In this document: in pieces, positions 1 through 9,750 of the stretch | Position numbering within the stretch: position 1 is the first letter of the stretch | How the letters are laid out: every line of letters begins with the position of its first letter | NCBI GenBank assembly: GCA_019312665.1 | Contig: JAFDCZ010000012.1 | Coordinates: forward strand, 6,615 to 70,614 | Direction: 5' to 3' | Length of the DNA: 64,000 nucleotides | Origin: Deltaproteobacteria bacterium | GTDB taxonomy: Bacteria > Myxococcota_A > UBA9160 > UBA6930 | Notes under the pieces: model-generated | What the model saw: the letters and a program-made list of their open reading frames with translations, nothing else | Told to the model about the DNA's origin: nothing | Databases searched by the model: none | Made by a program: the position numbers and the translations under genes

Positions 1-15
1 ACTTCCGTCATCCCT

Positions 16-891
16 TCATGTCTGACAACGGGGACAATAGTGGGAGCTGCGCTGCCCGATCACCTTGCGACGAATGGGGGTCTGACACGAGAGGCAGGGC
101 CCGCCCTTGCGCGCGTAGACCCGGCGCTCGTCCTGGTACCCCCCGTCGCTCCCGTCCGGGGCAACATAGTCGCTGATACTCGACCCGCCGGTCTCGATCG
201 ATCGTCGCATCACCTTCTTCATGCCGTCCACCAGCCGGATGCACTCGGCGCGGGTCACGCGTCCAGCGGCGCGCCCGGGCCGCACGCCCGCCAGGAAGAG
301 AGCTTCATCGGAATAGATGTTTCCGCTCCCGGCAATCACGGATTGATCGAGGATCAGGCTCTTGATCGCGACCCGTCTCTTCCGGCTGGCTCGAAACAGC
401 TCTTCACCGGTCGTCTCGAGCGCATCGGTGCCAAGCTTGTCGAGCCGCTCGCAGGGCTCACCCGGCGCCAATAGCTGCACCTTCCCGAATTTCCGGACGT
501 CGCGGAAGAACACATCCGGGCCCTCGTGCGCAAAGCGAAGCTGAAGATGGGTGTGTTCATCCGGCTCGAAGACGCGCTGCTGCTCGGGAGCCAACGCCGC
601 CCGTGCTGTTGCCGAGAGCAACCTCGGACTCTGCGCCAGGGAGCTGAACAGCTGGCCTGTCATGCCGAGGTGGAGCAGCAGACGTCCGCCACCATCGAGT
701 TCCGCGACCAGGTACTTTCCGCGCCGCTCCAAGCCAGTGAAGCGGCGGCCCACCAGCCGACGACGCAACTTCGCAGGGGGCGTGAGAAAGAAATAGCTGT
801 CTCCAGTCGTCCGAACCTGGCGAACCTTGCGTCCTACGATCAGCGGCTCGATCCGCCGTCGCGTCACCTCGACTTCGGGGAGTTCGGGCAT
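16..891 (-). CDS. mutM: Formamidopyrimidine-DNA glycosylase (Fpg/MutM)
   Basis: The 291-aa ORF has the N-terminal MPELPEVE catalytic motif. It has an H2TH region and a C-terminal zinc finger (CLSC...CPRCQ). Confidence 0.9.
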   Translation of the reverse strand: MPELPEVEVTRRRIEPLIVGRKVRQVRTTGDSYFFLTPPAKLRRRLVGRRFTGLERRGKYLVAELDGGGRLLLHLGMTGQLFSSLAQSPRLLSATARAALAPEQQRVFEPDEHTHLQLRFAHEGPDVFFRDVRKFGKVQLLAPGEPCERLDKLGTDALETTGEELFRASRKRRVAIKSLILDQSVIAGSGNIYSDEALFLAGVRPGRAAGRVTRAECIRLVDGMKKVMRRSIETGGSSISDYVAPDGSDGGYQDERRVYARKGGPCLSCQTPIRRKVIGQRSSHYCPRCQT

Positions 892-897
892 CGCAGC

Positions 898-1338
898 TCA
901 GGGATCGAAGCGCGCGCGCAACTCTGGCGACGCAACCGGGCAGACATCGTCCGGCCGGGCCCAGATCCGGTGGCGCACGGCAGCCAGTGTGGCGTAGGCA
1001 AGATCGCGAAGCGGGCGGGGGACCCTGCGCAGGATCCGAGCTGTGCGAAGATGCCGGCCACCCAGGTGGTTGAGCAGCCGAAGCGTGGCGTCGGTACGGG
1101 TGTGCACACTTCCGTCGGGTTCGAGCACGACCACACTATCCGGCAACCCACCGCGGAGGGCGGGGTCGAGCCGCCGCGCGAACGTCTCCCCGCCAATTGG
1201 TGCGAAACGGAATCGCTCTCCCTCTGGATCCTCCCGGATCAGGTAGCGCACCGTCTTGTGACAGAGCCCGCAGGCACCATCGTAGAAGACGATGGGCAAG
1301 GCTTCGCTCTCCGGCGCGGGTGAGAGCCCCTGGCTCAT
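898..1338 (-). CDS. Thiol-disulfide oxidoreductase DCC family protein (DUF393)
   Basis: The FYDGACGLCH motif is typical of the DCC/DUF393 family. The gene lies directly upstream of mutM on the same strand. Confidence 0.7.
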   Translation of the reverse strand: MSQGLSPAPESEALPIVFYDGACGLCHKTVRYLIREDPEGERFRFAPIGGETFARRLDPALRGGLPDSVVVLEPDGSVHTRTDATLRLLNHLGGRHLRTARILRRVPRPLRDLAYATLAAVRHRIWARPDDVCPVASPELRARFDP

Positions 1339-1512
1339 CGATCCCTGCTTAGGCCCGGCTGGATGCCGAGTTCACGCATTCCAAGCGACGGATCTCGCGT
1401 GATGGTGGCTCTCATGGGCACTCCTCGGCCGAAAGGTAGCAATGCGGGGTTTCCCGGCGGGCTCAGGGATGGGATGATCCCGGTCTCCCTCAACTGCCAG
1501 GAGCTTATCACC

Positions 1513-1938
1513 ATGTCCATTCGGGCCTGCCTCGCCTTCGCCCTTCTTCTCACCGCCGGCCACGCCCACGCCCAGGCCGTGTCCGGAGAGCCGGCACCCG
1601 AGGGCGCGCGGGTGTATTTCATTTCGCCCTTGGAGGGTGAGGTCGTCGCCAGCCCGGTTACCGTCCGCTTCGGTCTGGCAGGGATGGGTGTGGCTCCCGC
1701 CGGAACCCAGAAGGCCGGCACCGGCCACCACCATCTGATCATCGATGCGGCTACGCCCAAGGCCGACCAACCGATCCCGGCCGACGAACACCACGTGCAC
1801 TTCGGCGGTGGCCAGACCGAGACCACGATCGTGCTCGCACCGGGCGAGCACACGCTCCAGCTGGTGGTTGGCGATTTCAAGCACGTGCCTCATGACAAGC
1901 CGGTCGTCTCGGAGCGGATCACCGTCCGGGTCGAGTAG
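1513..1938 (+). CDS. Secreted DUF4399-like protein
   Basis: I chose the internal ATG at 1513 because it gives the signal peptide MSIRACLAFALLLTAGHAHA. The HHHLIID and HVHFGGGQTE motifs resemble DUF4399. The longer ORF from 1363 has a non-coding-looking N-terminus. Confidence 0.55.
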   Translation: MSIRACLAFALLLTAGHAHAQAVSGEPAPEGARVYFISPLEGEVVASPVTVRFGLAGMGVAPAGTQKAGTGHHHLIIDAATPKADQPIPADEHHVHFGGGQTETTIVLAPGEHTLQLVVGDFKHVPHDKPVVSERITVRVE

Positions 1939-1979
1939 GCCGGTCCGAGGGCCCGGATACCGCTACCCTCCGCCCCTTC

Positions 1980-4900
1980 ATGAGCCAGGACAACTCGCAG
2001 AAACCGTACCCGGAAGTTCCCGCCCAACCGAAATTCCCGGAGATCGAACAACGGGTGCTTGCGCGTTGGCGCGAGGATCGGACCTTCGAGCGCTCGGTCG
2101 AGAACCGGCCCGCCGGTGAGAAGGGCGCGAACGAGTTTGTCTTCTATGACGGCCCGCCCTTCGCCAATGGCAAACCCCATTTCGGCCATCTCGTCACGAG
2201 CTACGTGAAGGATATCGTGCCGCGCTATCAGACCCTGCGAGGGCGGCGGGTCGAGCGGCGTTTCGGCTGGGATTGTCACGGGCTCCCGGCCGAAATGGAG
2301 GCCCAGAAGGAGCTCGGTGTCTCCAGCCGAGCAGAGATCGAGGCCTACGGTGTCGACCGCTTCAACGACTACTGTCGCAGCTCGGTGCTTCGCTACACCG
2401 AGCATTGGCAGGAGGTCATCCACCGGGCCGGGCGCTGGGTGGATTTCGGAAACGACTACAAGACGATGGACCTCTCCTATATGGAGAGCGTCATCTGGGC
2501 CTTCAAGCAGCTCCATCAAAAGGATCTGCTGTACGAAGGCTTCAACGTGCTGCCCTACTCCTGGGCGGCCGAGACACCGCTCTCGAATTTCGAGACCCGG
2601 CTCGATGACGCGACCCGCGAACGAACGGATCCGGCGATCACCGTTCGCTTCGAGCTGGTTCCCGACGGCGACGACCGCCCGACGGACCTGCTGGCCTGGA
2701 CCACGACACCCTGGACACTGCCTTCGAATCTGGCTCTCGCCGTGGGGCCGGAGATCGACTACGCCGTGCTCGAGCACGACGGGCAAAGGACCATCCTTGC
2801 GGAAGCCCTGGTCGCCAAGTTCGAAGCCGAGCTCGGCTCGGCGGAACGCATTGGGAGTGTGCGAGGAAGCGAGCTGGTGGGGCGTCGCTACCGGCCGCTC
2901 TTTCCGTTCTTCGAGGGCACTGAGAATGCCTTTCAGGTGCTCGGTGCCGACTTCGTCGAAGTCGAAGAGGGAACCGGCGTAGTCCACCTGGCACCAGGCT
3001 TTGGCGAGGACGATCTCCGCACTTGCAAAGAGCACGACATCCCTGTGGTCGTGCCGGTGAACGACCAGGGGCGTTTCACAGCGGAGGTCCCCGCCTACGA
3101 AGGCCAGCTGGTCTTCGACGCCAACGCGCCGATCATTCGCGACCTGAAGGAGCGCGGCGTGCTCGTGCGCCGCGAGAACTACGTCCACAACTATCCCCAT
3201 TGTTGGCGCACGGACGAGCCGCTGATCTACCGGGCGATGACTTCCTGGTTCGTGCGGGTCTCCGCCATCCGCGATCGCATGCTCGAGAACAACCAGGAGA
3301 TCAACTGGATCCCTGAGCACATTCGCGATGGGCTCTTCGGCAACATGTTGGGCAGCGCGCCGGATTGGGCTCTGAGTCGCAACCGGTTCTGGGGTTCACC
3401 GATCCCGGTCTGGAAGAGCGACGACCCCGCGTTCCCCCGGATCGACGTCTACGGCAGCCTGGATGAAATCGAGGAGGATTTCGGCGTTCGACCCGACGAT
3501 CTCCACCGGCCAGCGATCGATGGCTTCGTCCGACCGAATCCGGACGATCCCTCGGGTCGGGCCCAGATGCGTCGGGTCTCCGACGTGCTCGATGTCTGGT
3601 TCGATTCGGGTTCGATGCCCTTCGCCCAGGTTCACTACCCCTTCGAGAACAAGGAATGGTTCGAGAACCATTTTCCAGCCGATTTCATCTGCGAGTACGT
3701 GGCGCAGACCCGTGGCTGGTTCAACACCATGATGGTTCTCGGAACGGCGCTCTTCGACCGACCGCCGTTCAGGAATTGCATCTGCCACGGCGTTGCGGTC
3801 GATACCCAGGGCACGAAGCTCTCGAAGCGCTTGCGCAACTACCCGGAGCCGAGCGTCGTGTACGAGACCCATGGCTCCGATGCCATGCGTTGGTACCTGG
3901 TTTCCTCGCCGCTTCTGAAGGGCGGCGACCTGAAAGTCGAGATCGAAGGCAAGCCGATCGGCGACGTCGTGCGCAACGTGTTGAACCCGCTCTGGAGTGC
4001 GTGGCATTTCTTCAGCCTGTACGCGAATGCGGACGATCTTCGTGGCCAGCCGATTACGAGCGCCGAAAACGTGCTCGACCGTTACGTGCTTGCCAAGACC
4101 CGCGATTTCGTCCTGGACGTGCAGGCTCGGATGGACGCCTACGACATCCAGGGCGCCTGCGGCGCCTTCACGGGTTTCCTCGACGCGCTCAACAACTGGT
4201 ACGTGCGGCGCAGCCGGCCGCGCTTCTGGAAAGCCGAGAAGGATGCGGACAAGCAGGCGGCGTACGACACCCTCGCCACCGTCCTTTCCACGCTTTGCCG
4301 AACCGTCAGCCCGTTGCTGCCGTTCGTCACCGACGAGATCTACCTGGGGCTGGTGGGTGGCGACAGCATCCATCTTTCGGACTGGCCGGATGCGGAAGCC
4401 CTGCCGGCCGACCCAGAACTGGTGGCAGCCATGGATCGCGTGCGCGATGTCTGCTCCACCGCCTTTGCGATGCGACGGGGCGAGCAGGTTCGCATCCGCC
4501 AGCCACTCCAGAGCCTGACCATCGCCGGCCCGGACGTGGCCATGCTCGAGCCCTTCACGGACTTGATCGCGGACGAGGTCAATGTGAAGGAGGTGCGTTT
4601 GCGTCCAGAGATCGACGCCTTTGCCACCTTCCGATTGCAGGTGAACGCACGCGTGTTGGGGCCGCGGCTCGGCGGCGATACCAAGCAGGTCATCGCAGCC
4701 TCGAAACGAGGCGAGTGGGCCAGTGACGATGACGGCCACGTAACCGTCGCAGGCCATCGGCTCGAAGCCGCGGAATTCACGCTTCTACTCCAACCGAAGG
4801 AAGACGTCGCCTGCCAGGCCCTTTCCACCAACGACATGGTCGTCGTTCTCGATTTCGAGCTCACCGAGGCGTTGGTGAACGAAGGCCACGCCCGGGATCT

Positions 4901-5147
4901 CGTACGGGTCGTCCAACAGGCTCGACGCGAGGCAGCTTTCGACGTGTCGGATCGGATCCATCTCTCGCTTGCCTTGCCCGAAATCTACCGCAACGCAGTT
5001 TCCGAGTATCAGGACTACGTGGCCGAAAGCACGTTGGCCGTCGGGCTCGAACTGAACGCGGGGCAAGATGCGGACGGCTTCCTGCACGAGGCGAAGCTCG
5101 GCGGTGAGGCCGTGCAGATCTGGGTACGTCGAGCAGAACCCGCGTGA
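1980..5147 (+). CDS. ileS: Isoleucine--tRNA ligase (type 2, about 1055 aa)
   Basis: The product has the class I HIGH-type motif (PHFGHL) and a KMSKS-type motif (KLSKRL). It also has a CP1 editing domain region and an overall IleRS-like sequence. Confidence 0.95.
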   Translation: MSQDNSQKPYPEVPAQPKFPEIEQRVLARWREDRTFERSVENRPAGEKGANEFVFYDGPPFANGKPHFGHLVTSYVKDIVPRYQTLRGRRVERRFGWDCHGLPAEMEAQKELGVSSRAEIEAYGVDRFNDYCRSSVLRYTEHWQEVIHRAGRWVDFGNDYKTMDLSYMESVIWAFKQLHQKDLLYEGFNVLPYSWAAETPLSNFETRLDDATRERTDPAITVRFELVPDGDDRPTDLLAWTTTPWTLPSNLALAVGPEIDYAVLEHDGQRTILAEALVAKFEAELGSAERIGSVRGSELVGRRYRPLFPFFEGTENAFQVLGADFVEVEEGTGVVHLAPGFGEDDLRTCKEHDIPVVVPVNDQGRFTAEVPAYEGQLVFDANAPIIRDLKERGVLVRRENYVHNYPHCWRTDEPLIYRAMTSWFVRVSAIRDRMLENNQEINWIPEHIRDGLFGNMLGSAPDWALSRNRFWGSPIPVWKSDDPAFPRIDVYGSLDEIEEDFGVRPDDLHRPAIDGFVRPNPDDPSGRAQMRRVSDVLDVWFDSGSMPFAQVHYPFENKEWFENHFPADFICEYVAQTRGWFNTMMVLGTALFDRPPFRNCICHGVAVDTQGTKLSKRLRNYPEPSVVYETHGSDAMRWYLVSSPLLKGGDLKVEIEGKPIGDVVRNVLNPLWSAWHFFSLYANADDLRGQPITSAENVLDRYVLAKTRDFVLDVQARMDAYDIQGACGAFTGFLDALNNWYVRRSRPRFWKAEKDADKQAAYDTLATVLSTLCRTVSPLLPFVTDEIYLGLVGGDSIHLSDWPDAEALPADPELVAAMDRVRDVCSTAFAMRRGEQVRIRQPLQSLTIAGPDVAMLEPFTDLIADEVNVKEVRLRPEIDAFATFRLQVNARVLGPRLGGDTKQVIAASKRGEWASDDDGHVTVAGHRLEAAEFTLLLQPKEDVACQALSTNDMVVVLDFELTEALVNEGHARDLVRVVQQARREAAFDVSDRIHLSLALPEIYRNAVSEYQDYVAESTLAVGLELNAGQDADGFLHEAKLGGEAVQIWVRRAEPA

Positions 5148-6037
5148 AGATCCGGGTGCTCGGATCGTCCGCGGGCGGGGGCCTCCCTCAATGGAACTGC
5201 GGCGGCGAACACTCCGTACGAGCCCGAGCCGACGATCCGGACGTTCCGCGCCGCAGCCAGCCTTCGATTGCCATTTCGAGCGGGGATGGCCGCTGGACGA
5301 TCGTGAACGCCAGCCCGGATGTTCGCAGCCAGCTCGCCGATTTCCCCGGCTTGCATCCGCGCCCCGGTACGCGGGACATCCCCCTCGACAACATCCTCAT
5401 CACCAATGCAGATCTGCACCACACGATCGGGCTCCTGGTGCTGCGAGAGGCCCTGCCCTATCGGGTGCTCACCACAGCGTGGATCCGCAATGCACTGGTC
5501 GAGAACAACATCGCCTTCCGGCTGCTCGAGCCCGCCTTTCATTCGGTGAAGCTCGACCAGCCCTTCCCTTTGGACAGGGAGGGCGTGCTGGAGGCCAAGC
5601 TCTTTCCGGTGCCCGGCAGGGTTCCGACCTACCTGAGGGAGATCGTCAACAACTCGGCCGAGACCACGCTAGGCCTGAGGGTGATCGACAAGCGAACCGG
5701 CAAGAGGCTCGTCTATGCACCCGGCCTCCAGACCCTCGATTCTGGAACGATGGCCGAGTTGGCCCAGGCCGATCTGCGTTTCGTCGACGGAACATTCTTC
5801 AGCGCCGATGAGCCTCTGGCCATGCGCCCGGGTGCCGTCGATGCCTTCGCGATGGGGCATGTCCCGATCAGCGGACCTGATGGCAGCCTCACTCGCTACA
5901 GGGGCCTGCCGGGGCGCACGTTCTACATCCACATCAACAACACCAACCCGATCCTGGACGCCCAGTCACCCGAGCGTGCACAGGTCGAAGCCGCGGGCAT
6001 CCAGATCGCCGAAGATGGGATGAATCTCGAGCTTTGA
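5144..6037 (+). CDS. PqqB-like metallo-beta-lactamase-fold protein (orphan)
   Basis: The N-terminus is VLGSSAGGGLPQWNC and the C-terminus is IHINNTNPILDAQSPERAQVEAAGIQIAEDGMNLEL, both as in PqqB. The GTG start overlaps the ileS stop (GTGA). Confidence 0.7.
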   Translation: MKIRVLGSSAGGGLPQWNCGGEHSVRARADDPDVPRRSQPSIAISSGDGRWTIVNASPDVRSQLADFPGLHPRPGTRDIPLDNILITNADLHHTIGLLVLREALPYRVLTTAWIRNALVENNIAFRLLEPAFHSVKLDQPFPLDREGVLEAKLFPVPGRVPTYLREIVNNSAETTLGLRVIDKRTGKRLVYAPGLQTLDSGTMAELAQADLRFVDGTFFSADEPLAMRPGAVDAFAMGHVPISGPDGSLTRYRGLPGRTFYIHINNTNPILDAQSPERAQVEAAGIQIAEDGMNLEL

Positions 6038-6073
6038 GCTGGCGCTCAGCCCGCCGGCGACCTGCACTGAAAG

Positions 6074-6703
6074 CTACTCCGGATGGAACTCCCGGCTGAT
6101 TTCCTTGCCGTGGTCGAACTCCGCGACCTTCTTCTTCTTGCCGTTCTCCCACCAGCCCGTCCAGCTGCCGTGGTACTCACCATGATCGAACTGGCCGCGA
6201 GTCTGGAGAGTTCCGTCCTCGTACCAGGTTTCGGCCTCGCCGTGACGTTCGCCATCCTTGAAGACCGAGCGCGCGAACATCTGGCCATTCTTATGCCATA
6301 GGGTCTGGATGCCCTGAACCTGACCCCCACGATAGGTTTCTTCGGAGGCCTTCGCGCCCTCGCGGAACCACACCGTGTACGGCCCTTCCCGTTCGCCGTT
6401 TTCGTAGCGGCCTTTCTCCTTCAGCTTTCCGTTCGAGTGCCATTCCTGGTACTCGCCGTCGAGCTTGCCTTCGGAAAATTCCGCCTGCGCCCGGGGCTGG
6501 CCGTCCTCATACCAGGAGAAGCTCGGGCCATGCTGCGTGTCATCGGGGCGCGCGCACCAGGCGGAGCGGCGCCCCTGGTTGCGTTCGAGCGTCGTACCTT
6601 CGGGGCAACGGGGCGCTGCCTCGGGCGATTCGGCCGCGGCCGCCGGCAGACCGAGGAGCATCCACGCCAACAAGAACGAGCCACTCCGCATCCCCTTCGG
6701 CAT
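6074..6703 (-). CDS. Secreted MORN-repeat (YwqK-like) protein
   Basis: The product has a signal peptide followed by repeated G-x-x-x-G-x-W-x-x-(W/Y)-x-x-N-G MORN-variant units (for example GPYTVWFREG, HGEAETWYEDG). Confidence 0.6.
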   Translation of the reverse strand: MPKGMRSGSFLLAWMLLGLPAAAAESPEAAPRCPEGTTLERNQGRRSAWCARPDDTQHGPSFSWYEDGQPRAQAEFSEGKLDGEYQEWHSNGKLKEKGRYENGEREGPYTVWFREGAKASEETYRGGQVQGIQTLWHKNGQMFARSVFKDGERHGEAETWYEDGTLQTRGQFDHGEYHGSWTGWWENGKKKKVAEFDHGKEISREFHPE

Positions 6704-6726
6704 CCAAGCAGCTTAGCAGCGTCGTG

Positions 6727-7437
6727 TCAGACTCCGACGTAGAGCATCTGACAAGCCTGGATGAAGATGGGATAGAAGATCCGACGGATGAGCAGCCACG
6801 CCACCAGCAGCCCACCGAAGGCCCAACCTGGCTGGGCCATCCATTCCATGATCCGCTGGGCCTGATCCTCTCGGACGAAAAGGTTGAGCATCCCCGAGCC
6901 GTCGAGAGGTGGGACGGGCAGAAGGTTGAATACGAAGAGCAGTAGATTGAGGGAAAAGACCAGGGAGAGAAGGGTCGCGAACGTCTCCCACACCCCGGGC
7001 ACCGTAGCCATCGCAACGCTCTCGAACGTGAGCAGACCCGGCACGAACACACCCTGGCTGACCCCGACCCGGATGATCGCGGCGGCCAGAAGTGCCAGGA
7101 AGAGATTCGATGCCGGCCCGGCCAATGCCATCCAGCCCGCACGACGGGGATGGGCAAACGCCCAGTTGGAATCGTAGGGCGTGCTGGCCCAGCCGATCAT
7201 CCAGGGTGCACCCCCCCTCGCCACCGAAAGCCCGAAGAACAGAATCGGCACCAGGACCATGCCGAAGGGCTCGCGACGGATATGGGGAAGTGGATCGAGG
7301 GCGACCTGACCAGCCAGGTAGGCTGTCTCGTCCCCGAGGCGCAATGCCACCCAGCCATGCGCCGCCTCGTGCACGGTGAGCGAAAGAAGCAGCACGAAGT
7401 ACCAGATCAGGCCCAAGGCCAGCACGTCCGGGGTCAT
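6727..7437 (-). CDS. Site-2 protease family (M50) membrane metalloprotease
   Basis: An HEAAHG (HExxH) motif sits in a transmembrane helix and the product is multi-pass hydrophobic. I took the start at ATG 7437 (MTPDVLALG). The longer ORF to 7641 looks non-coding. Confidence 0.7.
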   Translation of the reverse strand: MTPDVLALGLIWYFVLLLSLTVHEAAHGWVALRLGDETAYLAGQVALDPLPHIRREPFGMVLVPILFFGLSVARGGAPWMIGWASTPYDSNWAFAHPRRAGWMALAGPASNLFLALLAAAIIRVGVSQGVFVPGLLTFESVAMATVPGVWETFATLLSLVFSLNLLLFVFNLLPVPPLDGSGMLNLFVREDQAQRIMEWMAQPGWAFGGLLVAWLLIRRIFYPIFIQACQMLYVGV

Positions 7438-7584
7438 TCGAACACCTCCACCTTCGTCTCCAATCTTGGCGCCCCACCGTCGCCGACGGGAGCCGCTAAC
7501 TTCCCGTGCGTGACGGCAAGGCGCAAGAGCAGTAGCAGCAGGGCGGGCCGGAAGGGGCGCGGTGGCGATGCTCCCATCGTCGTG

Positions 7585-9750
7585 ATGAGCAACCGGCTTC
7601 CGTTCACCTACTCGAGAGCAGTCGGCGGGCTCAGACGACAACCTTCACCCGGGGGCCTCGTTTCGGCCCTCGAGCCCGTGCTCCGTCGCCGAGGTGGCAC
7701 CTGGATCGGCTGGCCCGGCGTCGAGCTCAAGAAGGGCGAGCGGGTCTCGACCCGAGCCGACGCCTATCGCATCGCGCCCGTCCCTCTCGGCGAAACGGAT
7801 ATCGCCCGCTACTACCACGGTTTTTCGAACCGGACCCTATGGCCGCTGTTCCATTCCCTGCCCGGTCATACCCAATTCGTTCGAAAAGACTGGAACGTCT
7901 ACGCCGACGTGAACGAGCGCTTCGCGGGAGTCGCTATGCGCCACGCACGGGATGCCAAGTTGGTGTGGATCCACGATTACCACCTGATGCTCACACCGGA
8001 ATTCATGCGCCGAGCCCATCCGGAAGCGCGGCTCGCCTTCTTCCTCCACATCCCGTTTCCGCCCTTCGACATCTTCCGTCTCTGCCCGTGGGACAAGGAG
8101 CTCCTTCGCGGATTGATCGCCTGTGACTTGATCGGCTTCCAGATCGAGAACTACGCGCATAACTTCATGGATTGCGCAGAGCAGATCCTCGGTGCCCGGG
8201 TAGACAGGGAGGCGATGATCATCGAGGACGGCGACCGCGTCGCGCGGGTCGGCGTATTTCCGATCGGAATCGAGTTCGACCTGTTCCAGGAACAGGCGAT
8301 GAAGGCGCGCCGCGAGAGCCAACGGGAACGCGTCGTGTTGGGAGTCGACAGGCTCGACTACACGAAGGGGATCCCCGAGCGCATCCGGGCCTTCGAGCGA
8401 TTGCTGGAGCTGCATCCGCGACACAAAGGAAACGTCGTGCTGTTGCAGCTCGCTGTTCCCAGCCGCTCTCAGGTCACGGAATACCGCGAGCTGAAATCGG
8501 AGATCGACGAATTGGTGGGCCAGGTGAACGGCCGCTTCGCCACGTCGACCTGGTCTCCCATTCGGTACCTCTACCGCTCCTTCCCGCAGGAGCGCCTTTG
8601 CGGCCTCTACCGGGATGCGGATGTCGCGTTGGTCACGCCGCTTCGCGACGGCATGAACCTGGTGGCGAAGGAGTACGTCGCCTGCCAGGTCGACGATCCG
8701 GGCGTGTTGGTCCTCTCGCGCATGGCCGGCGCCGCCGAGACGATGCGCGAAGCGTTGCAGGTGAATCCCTTCGACCTCGACGGAACGGCAGAAGCCATTC
8801 ACCGGGCCCTCACCATGGACGAGGAGGAGCGCGCCTCCCGAATCGCGGCGATGCGTCGCCGCGAGCGGCGCGACGATGTCGAGGCCTGGGTCGAGCATTT
8901 CCTGGCCGCGGGCAACGAAGAAGCCGCACACCTCGATCCGATCTCGGAACGGGAACTTCAGCAATGGCTACGCGGCTACGTGAAGAGCTACCCGCTCTGC
9001 CTCTTCCTCGATTACGACGGAACCCTCACACCGCTCGTCTCCCATCCGTCGAAGGCCAAGCTGTCGAAGGAAATGCGTGAAGCGTTGATGGGCTGCTCGC
9101 GAAGAGTCGATACGGATGTCTCGATCGTCAGCGGACGCGCCTTGGATGACATCCGGAAGATCGTAGGGGAGCCCAATCTGGTCTACGCGGGCAACCACGG
9201 CCTCGAGATCGAAGGCCCCGAGATCGCGCGATTCCGGCACCAGGATCTCGTGCACTACGAGGCCCGTGCCTTGGAACTGTTCGGAGCTCTCGAAGCGATT
9301 GCCAACGAAGGTGCCTGGACCGAGGCCAAGGGGCCGACCCTCACTTTCCACATCCGGGAAGTACCGGAGGCGCGACAAGCACGTTATGCCCAGAAGGCTC
9401 GGGCGTTGATGACTGAACACGGTTACCAGGCCCGCGATGCCCATGCAGCGGTGGAAGCCAGGCCTCCCATCGGCTGGGACAAGGGACGCGCCGTGCTGCA
9501 TATCCTGCGCGAGCGCTATGGCCCCAACTGGTCCGAGCGGGTCCGGGTGATCTACGTGGGCGACGACCAGACCGACGAAGATGCGTTCCGTTTCCTCGCA
9601 GGCCTGGCGATGACCTTCCGTGTGGGAAGCGCCGACACTCCGACCGGCGCCTTGCATCGTCTGCCGGATGTCGAAGCCGTCCGCCGCCTGCTCGATTGGG
9701 TGGGCATGCGACCTCTTACCGAAGCCACGCCGACTCAATCTTCTTTGTAG
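7585..9750 (+). CDS. otsA: Bifunctional trehalose-6-phosphate synthase / trehalose-phosphatase (OtsA-OtsB fusion)
   Basis: A GT20 OtsA-like region ([19 protein letters not shown]) is followed by a HAD phosphatase with DYDGTL and [10 protein letters not shown]. The start is uncertain: ATG 7585, GTG 7582 or GTG 7510. The ORF extension back to 7150 is antisense to the M50 gene. Confidence 0.85.
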   Translation: MSNRLPFTYSRAVGGLRRQPSPGGLVSALEPVLRRRGGTWIGWPGVELKKGERVSTRADAYRIAPVPLGETDIARYYHGFSNRTLWPLFHSLPGHTQFVRKDWNVYADVNERFAGVAMRHARDAKLVWIHDYHLMLTPEFMRRAHPEARLAFFLHIPFPPFDIFRLCPWDKELLRGLIACDLIGFQIENYAHNFMDCAEQILGARVDREAMIIEDGDRVARVGVFPIGIEFDLFQEQAMKARRESQRERVVLGVDRLDYTKGIPERIRAFERLLELHPRHKGNVVLLQLAVPSRSQVTEYRELKSEIDELVGQVNGRFATSTWSPIRYLYRSFPQERLCGLYRDADVALVTPLRDGMNLVAKEYVACQVDDPGVLVLSRMAGAAETMREALQVNPFDLDGTAEAIHRALTMDEEERASRIAAMRRRERRDDVEAWVEHFLAAGNEEAAHLDPISERELQQWLRGYVKSYPLCLFLDYDGTLTPLVSHPSKAKLSKEMREALMGCSRRVDTDVSIVSGRALDDIRKIVGEPNLVYAGNHGLEIEGPEIARFRHQDLVHYEARALELFGALEAIANEGAWTEAKGPTLTFHIREVPEARQARYAQKARALMTEHGYQARDAHAAVEARPPIGWDKGRAVLHILRERYGPNWSERVRVIYVGDDQTDEDAFRFLAGLAMTFRVGSADTPTGALHRLPDVEAVRRLLDWVGMRPLTEATPTQSSL

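Noticed and set aside
1890-4757. Two long minus-strand ORFs (476 and 453 aa) lie inside ileS.
   Set aside because: They are antisense to a full-length IleRS with HIGH/KMSKS motifs. The translations have no family features.
5144-6037. I considered whether a PQQ biosynthesis cluster is present.
   Set aside because: Only a pqqB-like gene is present. No pqqA peptide ORF, pqqC, pqqD or radical-SAM pqqE lies within the window, so I do not call a PQQ pathway.
6074-6703. I considered whether the YwqK-like MORN protein is the antitoxin of a toxin-antitoxin pair.
   Set aside because: It has a signal peptide, no adjacent toxin gene and is monocistronic between unrelated genes. The MORN-repeat resemblance alone does not support a TA system.
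7150-7584. I considered the N-terminal 145-codon extension of the OtsA-OtsB ORF.
   Set aside because: It is antisense to the M50 protease gene. Its composition is non-protein-like, and the conserved OtsA N-terminal motif (VVxSNRLP) begins only at about 7576.
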